Position numbers and translations under genes: made by a program. The notes beneath the pieces were generated by a model. That model was given only the letters and a program-made list of their open reading frames with translations, ran no database searches and was not told where the DNA came from. A stretch of 50,704 bases of DNA from Nemertoderma westbladi (lineage: Eukaryota; Animalia; Xenacoelomorpha): positions 1 to 50,704 of the forward strand of contig JAUCBJ010003433.1 of NCBI GenBank assembly GCA_032718475.1, written 5' to 3'. How positions within the stretch are numbered: position 1 is the first letter of the stretch; every line of letters starts with the position of its first letter. Positions 44,943 through 50,704 of this stretch are shown here, piece by piece.

Positions 44943-45354
44943 GGTGGTGGAAGAAATTTTAAAATAGTAATGGTGATGGATTTAAGTATAATAATCAAAT
45001 TAAAAATAATATTATAAATACTATAACCTTACACCCAATTCGCGGCTCGCCCCACAACTTGTTGCTTAGCGATATTGGGTTTTACCTATTGCGGTTCAAG
45101 GTCAAACGCCAACCGGTAGACACGAATTAATTAAATTACTTCCGTCTGCGGACTGGCCTTATACCACATATGTCACATATACACAGTGGTGACATATGTT
45201 ACATATACACAATGGTAACCATAGTAAGTGGGTGGGGCAACACAATGGTAATCATAGTAAGTAGGCGGGGCAAGAGCCGTTCGGCAAATTCTTTAACATG
45301 GTAGACTATGGCAGACGCTGTTTTATTTCAGCTGTTTATCATACTACTATTATG

Positions 45355-45855
45355 GAAGATGGTTACCTCACATTTCTTTACATTAATACAAAGGCCTATT
45401 TGATCACAAGCAGACCTGAACTTGATAAGTTCAGCAAGGATGTGATCCCACTTTCCACCAGCCGATACGTCATCAATGTATCCTGCTTTGAGTGAGGCCT
45501 GCAGATCTTCAAGTTGCTGGGGAAGGCCCAGGCAGAACCCAAAAACAGCAACAGGGTCGCCTTGTTGGAATCCTTCCTCTGAGAACAGAAGGAAATCCCC
45601 GAATGGGAGGAATGAAGAGTTTTCGTAGCAAAGGCGGAAGAATGGGAGTAGCTCTGGTGCTTCAATGGCAATGCGTTCGGCTACATGATCCCTACGTATG
45701 CTATTGAAAGCATTTGAGAAATCAAGCTTAACAACAGCATCTTCTTCAGAGGCTACTGGAATGAAATCTGAAAGAGGATGGACAGATAAGCTATCTAAGA
45801 GAAATAACTGGCCCACTAAATTTAGGGGCTTTGCAGCAGCTTGGCGGGTCGTATC
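45355..45855 (-). pseudogene. 5' (RT core) part of the second CRE-like element, 5'-truncated
   Basis: VKLDFSNAFNS, GFQQGDP, GYIDD, INVKKCE. Joins 20861 in frame when both insertions are removed (KCEVTIFHN-DKARHDHILEAF). Confidence 0.9.
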
Positions 45856-45987
45856 TATAGTAGGTCATAACAGTATATTAAAGTACACTTTAAACAATCA
45901 ATGCAATCAAACATACATCTTACCAATTTTCATATACTTTTAAATCCAATATTTTATGTATTTACTAACTCCACTCATTTAGTTTAG

Positions 45988-46413
45988 TTTTATATACCTG
46001 GATCAGCATCGGAACTACGCCTTTTGTTAGCTGTTGAAATCCCAACACTTTGCTTCGTCGTCTATCAGGGATTGCACATGACATTCGAGCCAACTAGAAA
46101 CTTATATAGTGTGCCAATCATGATGGTTGCACTAGGTATACAAGTAATTGTCTATACTGGCCTGATGTTGTGGATTATGGGTCGCCAGTGTGACTTCAAT
46201 CAAAGTATGCTGGATGCTATCAACACAATTCATATTGATTACGATAACATGAAAGAACTCACACAGATATCACTGCTGTTTCAGATTGTAAAAAGTCAGC
46301 AGTCGGGTTTCACAATCCTAAATATGTTTACAGTTGAAAAATCGTTCTTGGTGACATTATTAGGTATTTTCATTTCATATACTATTTTACTATATCAAAG
46401 TGACACTTCGTAA
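45988..46413 (+). pseudogene. Gustatory-receptor-like (7TM chemoreceptor) C-terminal fragment; terminal exon or pseudogene
   Basis: Hydrophobic helices ending GFTILNMFTVEKSFLVTLLGIFISYTILLYQ, matching the GR/GRL TM7 signature (T/S)YhhhhhQ. No upstream part found. Confidence 0.7.
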
Positions 46414-46617
46414 TCACCAGTAGGACTATATAATTGTTTACTATTAGAACCAAACTTTTTGAATGATATTCTTCTAGGCCTGTTAGGACATCCAGTGTTC
46501 TCTTTAAAGAATATAATTATTAAATTAATTATATGCAATCATATTGTTTATTTAATTTGTTCTCTCTGTCAACAAAATACATTTTAGCAGCAACAAAACA
46601 AATATTACATAATACTT

Positions 46618-46719
46618 TATTAAGAAATTTAAACAGGACTTGGGATGATCGTACTCTATAGCAAATGGAGCGGAAAAGATGAGTTGAATCATCCTAAGTC
46701 CTGTTTAAATTACTTAATA
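46618..46719. mobile_element. Small palindromic MITE-like element
   Basis: 32-bp inverted arms TATTAAGAAATTTAAACAGGACTTGGGATGAT / ATCATCCTAAGTCCTGTTTAAATTACTTAATA (2 mismatches) around a ~38-bp spacer. Confidence 0.65.
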
Positions 46720-47489
46720 CTGTAATTTATACAATCTACAGATGTCAAAACATAAACAATTACATAATACAATTTACAAATATTCAATATTTCAATAATT
46801 TACTCATTCAGAACTACAGTACATAGTTAAGGCCTGTGTTGGTATTGTAAATTAAGTTAAGTTTAACATGTCAATTATTTCCCCCAAAAACTACTGTAAG
46901 TAAGTCTATGTAGTTACTGCTGAAATATTAGACTTACTAAAAATTGAGAAAAATATTTTCTCAATGCCCATTGGGCATTCACTTTGTTTTGTAAATTAAT
47001 ATATTTTTATTGTTTATAGACGTATTTACTAACCATTAACGAAACCCACGAAGCAGAAAGCAAACAACAATATTAATTGAAGCATAATTAGAGATAGTTA
47101 ATGAGGTTTATTGTTAATGAAGGTTGAATGAATGTTCCCTTGTATTTATTCTATAAATACGGCAACTATTCACACTTACTGTATAAATATCACAGCAGTG
47201 TACAGTATGTCGTTTTAAAATCTTAAAATAGCATGTTAATGATTGTAATTGCAAAAAATACTGCAATGTTGTAGGCCTAAACTACGCCATAAATTAGGCC
47301 ACTTGGACAATCTTATACGGCAATCGAAATGTATTACTGTAGGCCTATATTTAAAGGACGGAAACTACAGTACAGTATGTACAGTAGGCTTACAACCTGT
47401 TGTACAAGTTTTACTGTCTTAAAACACAGTCCGAATTGGAGTTCCTGAACTCGCTGACAGCAAAAGGACAACAATCCCCGACGCTTAGA

Positions 47490-49598
47490 TTAATTCCTAA
47501 TTATCTCACACCGTACACCATCACTACAAACAGTAAACCAATTAATTCCTAATTATCTCACACCGTACACCATCACTACAAACAGTAAACAACTTAATTC
47601 CTAATTATCTCACACCGTACACCATCACTACAAACAGTAAACCAATTAATTCCTAATTATCTCACACCGTACACCATCACTACAAACAGTAAACCAATTA
47701 ATTCCTAATTATCTCACACCGTACACCATCACTACAAACAGTAAACCAATTAATTCCTAATTATCTCACACCGTACACCATCACTACAAACAGTAAACAA
47801 ATTAATTCCTAATTATCTCACACCGTACACCATCACTACAAACAGTAACCAATTAATTGTAATTCCTAATTATCTCACACCGTACACCATCACTACAAAC
47901 AGTAAACCAATTAATTCCTAATTATCTCACACCGTACACCATCACTACAAACAGTAAACCAATTAATTGCTAATTATCTCACACCGTACACCATCACTAC
48001 AAACAGTAAACCAATTAATTCCTAATTATCTCACACCGTACACCATCACTACAAACAGTAAACCAATTAATTGCTAATTATCTCACACCGTACACCATCA
48101 CTACAAACAGTAAACCAATTAATTCCTAATTATCTCACACCGTACACCATCACTACAAACAGTAAACCAATTAATTGCTAATTATCTCACACCGTACACC
48201 ATCACTACAAACAGTAAACCAATTAATTCCTAATTATCTCACACCGTACACCATCACTACAAACAGTAAACCAATTAATTGCTAATTATCTCACACCGTA
48301 CACCATCACTACAAACAGTAAACCAATTAATTCCTAATTATCTCACACCGTACACCATCACTACAAACAGTAAACCAATTAATTCCTAATTATCTCACAC
48401 CGTACACCATCACTACAAACAGTAAACCAATTAATTGCTAATTATCTCACACTGTACACCATCACTACAAACAGTAAACCAATTAATTCCTAATTATCTC
48501 ACACCGTACACCATCACTACAAACAGTAAACCAATTAATTCCTAATTATCTCACACCGTACACCATCACTACAAACAGTAAACAAATTAATTCCTAATTA
48601 TCTCACACCGTACACCATCACTACAAACAGTAAACCAATTAATTCCTAATTATCTCACACCGTACACCATCACTACAAACAGTAAACCAATTAATTCCTA
48701 ATTATCTCACACCGTACACCATCACTACAAACAGTAAACAAATTAATTCCTAATTATCTCACACCGTACACCATCACTACAAACAGTAAACCAATTAATT
48801 CCTAATTATCTCACACCGTACACCATCACTACAAACAGTAAACAAATTAATTCCTAATTATCTCACACCGTACACCATCACTACAAACAGTAAACCAATT
48901 AATTCCTAATTATCTCACACCGTACACCATCACTACAAACAGTAAACCAATTAATTCCTAATTATCTCACACCGTACACCATCACTACAAACAGTAAACC
49001 AATTAATTCCTAATTATCTCACACCGTACACCATCACTACAAACAGTAAACAAATTAATTCCTAATTATCTCACACCGTACACCATCACTACAAACAGTA
49101 ACCAATTAATTGTAATTCCTAATTATCTCACACCGTACACCATCACTACAAACAGTAAACCAATTAATTCCTAATTATCTCACACCGTACACCATCACTA
49201 CAAACAGTAAACAACTTAATTCCTAATTATCTCACACCGTACACCATCACTACAAACAGTAACCAATTAATTCCTAATTATCTCACACCGTACACCATCA
49301 CTACAAACAGTAAACAAATTAATTCCTAATTATCTCACACCGTACACCATCACTACAAACAGTAAACCAATTAATTCCTAATTATCTCACACTGTATACC
49401 ATCACTACAAACAGTAACCAATTAATTCCTAATTATCTCACACCGTACACCATCACTACAAACAGTAAACAAATTAATTCCTAATTATCTCACACCGTAC
49501 ACCATCACTACAAACAGTAACCAATTAATTCCTAATTATCTCACACCGTACACCATCACTACAAACAGTAAACAAATTAATTCCTAATTATCTCACAC
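47490..49598. repeat. 52-bp satellite/minisatellite, about 40 copies
   Basis: Unit TTAATTCCTAATTATCTCACACCGTACACCATCACTACAAACAGTAAACCAA, head to tail with no spacers. Confidence 0.97.
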
Positions 49599-49639
49599 TA
49601 CTTACGTACTAAATAATAAATCTACATAAAGTTCCACAC

Positions 49640-50075
49640 ACTAAATTTAAACTGAAGAGGATAGCAATCAGGACAGCAATGTGTTTTCCCCAGATATTGG
49701 TAGATTCAGCTGACGAAGACAGCTGTCAAGGGCTGTCCACCATGCTTATTTAGTCCACCGCCAAAGCACAAGATTATGCACTGGCTGGACCTCACAGCGA
49801 AAGCAATGTGTTGAGTCCTATGGGATGTGTTCATTGTACGTGACACAATGAACCCGATGTAGCATTCTTGTGAAAGTTCCATCCACAGATTTGGTATCAT
49901 CTGCAGTTAGAACCCAGCATGGATACCCATACAGTATAAGAGGCTGCCCAAAATTCTATGAGACTTCCAAATCCTGGACAGACTATTCAAAGCTACCCAT
50001 GCCTTCCCATTACTTATCCCAGATCCATGATCTCAAGTACTGTAGGAGAAGTCATCCACATGCTCAATGATAATG
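49640..50075 (-). pseudogene. RTE-type non-LTR retrotransposon 3' fragment
   Basis: Hand translation gives IEHVDDF.Y...GKAWVALNSLSRIWKS...ILYGYPCWVLT......VDGTFTRML. Confidence 0.75.
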
Positions 50076-50230
50076 CTCAATTTAAGGGGGCCCCACATTT
50101 ATATTAGCCCCGGGCACCGATATAGCTTAATCCGGCCCTGCCAGACGTGTACAGGGGACACCATCTCGTACCGGTATGGCATCTCTAAAGGGTCAAAATA
50201 TATAAATGAATAAAAACCTACATGAAACAA

Positions 50231-50554
50231 TAAAAATGCCTCCATATTTGTTACTGCAGTAATAAATAATTATTACTGCAGTTACAAATAATTGTTACTG
50301 CAGTAATAAATAATTGCTACTGCAGTAATAAATAATTGCTACTGCAGTAATAAATAATTGTTACTGCAATAAAGAAACAATTGTTACTGCAGTAATAGAT
50401 ATTGTTACTGCAGTAATAAATAATTGTTACTGCAATAAAGAAACAATTGTTACTGCAGTAATAAATAATCGTTACTGCAGTAATAAATAATTCATACTGC
50501 AGTAAAAAATAATTTTTATTTATTACTACAGTAACAAATATGGAGGCATTTTTA
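50231..50554. mobile_element. MITE-like element with ~40-bp TIRs and internal ~22-bp tandem repeats
   Basis: TAAAAATGCCTCCATATTTGTTACTGCAGTAATAAATAA ... TTATTTATTACTACAGTAACAAATATGGAGGCATTTTTA; internal unit TTACTGCAGTAATAAATAATTG. Confidence 0.75.
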
Positions 50555-50559
50555 ATGCT

Positions 50560-50704
50560 ACTCAGTGTAGCGTGATATATATAATATATTAGAATACCGG
50601 TATGCTTATAGTATATATAAGTATTATTACAGACTAGGTTTGTCACAGAATACCGGTATATAATTTTAGCACAAATATATATAAATATATAATAGGCCTA
50701 TCGT
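50560..50704. repeat. Diverged copy of the BEL/Pao leader region (homologous to about 28189-28335)
   Basis: Shared TACTCAGTGTA.CGTGATATATA and identical TATATATAAGTATTATTACAGACTAGGTTTGTCACAGAATACCGGTAT. Confidence 0.85.

Larger units (their letters stand above)
31339..45348. mobile_element. Maverick/Polinton, 14,010 bp, internally deleted and decaying
   Basis: 277-bp TIRs starting AGTAGT (31339-31615 and 45072-45348, about 5 mismatches), 6-bp TSD ATTATG (31333-31338 and 45349-45354), rve integrase, packaging ATPase, pPolB. Confidence 0.97.

Noticed and set aside
45328-45354. C-terminus NSSMINS of the 162-aa RT ORF, and the RFHLGVVV tail of ORF 19401-20045
   Set aside because: Read-through into the Maverick TIR and the SINE respectively; not genuine protein ends.
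47490-49598. CRISPR array
   Set aside because: Units are contiguous with no unique spacers, there are no cas genes, and the context is eukaryotic.
50317-50646. 109-aa ORF with IIYYCSNN repeats (and the similar ORF at 2578-2769)
   Set aside because: Artefacts of MITE internal tandem repeats.

Overview
Eukaryotic (invertebrate animal-like), repeat-rich genomic DNA, not prokaryotic. Host genes: the 5' part of an unknown minus-strand gene running off the left edge, a single-ORF C2H2 zinc-finger gene, a complete intron-free WDR11 orthologue, and a gustatory-receptor-like (7TM) 3' fragment. The centre (about 14.5-45.9 kb) is a nest of mobile elements. (i) An intact CRE-type RT-RLE non-LTR retrotransposon carries a ~290-aa Pro-rich repeat insertion inside its RT domain. 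(ii) A second, decayed CRE-type element is split at one site by two back-to-back insertions: a young 10.5-kb non-autonomous BEL/Pao LTR element (20862-31333, 1170-bp LTRs, TTATG TSD) and a 14.0-kb Maverick/Polinton (31339-45348, 277-bp TIRs, ATTATG TSD), whose TSDs overlap. The BEL/Pao element has no tRNA-type primer-binding site. Instead, the 11 nt next to its 5' LTR are the exact reverse complement of 11 nt inside the LTR, the signature of Tf1-type self-primed reverse transcription. The Maverick encodes integrase, packaging ATPase, a decayed pPolB, a TBP-like protein and a probably catalytically dead dUTPase, and lacks intact capsid and protease genes. Also present: three tRNA-headed SINE copies, several MITEs, an RTE fragment and a 52-bp satellite. 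All calls are by eye; no searches were run.
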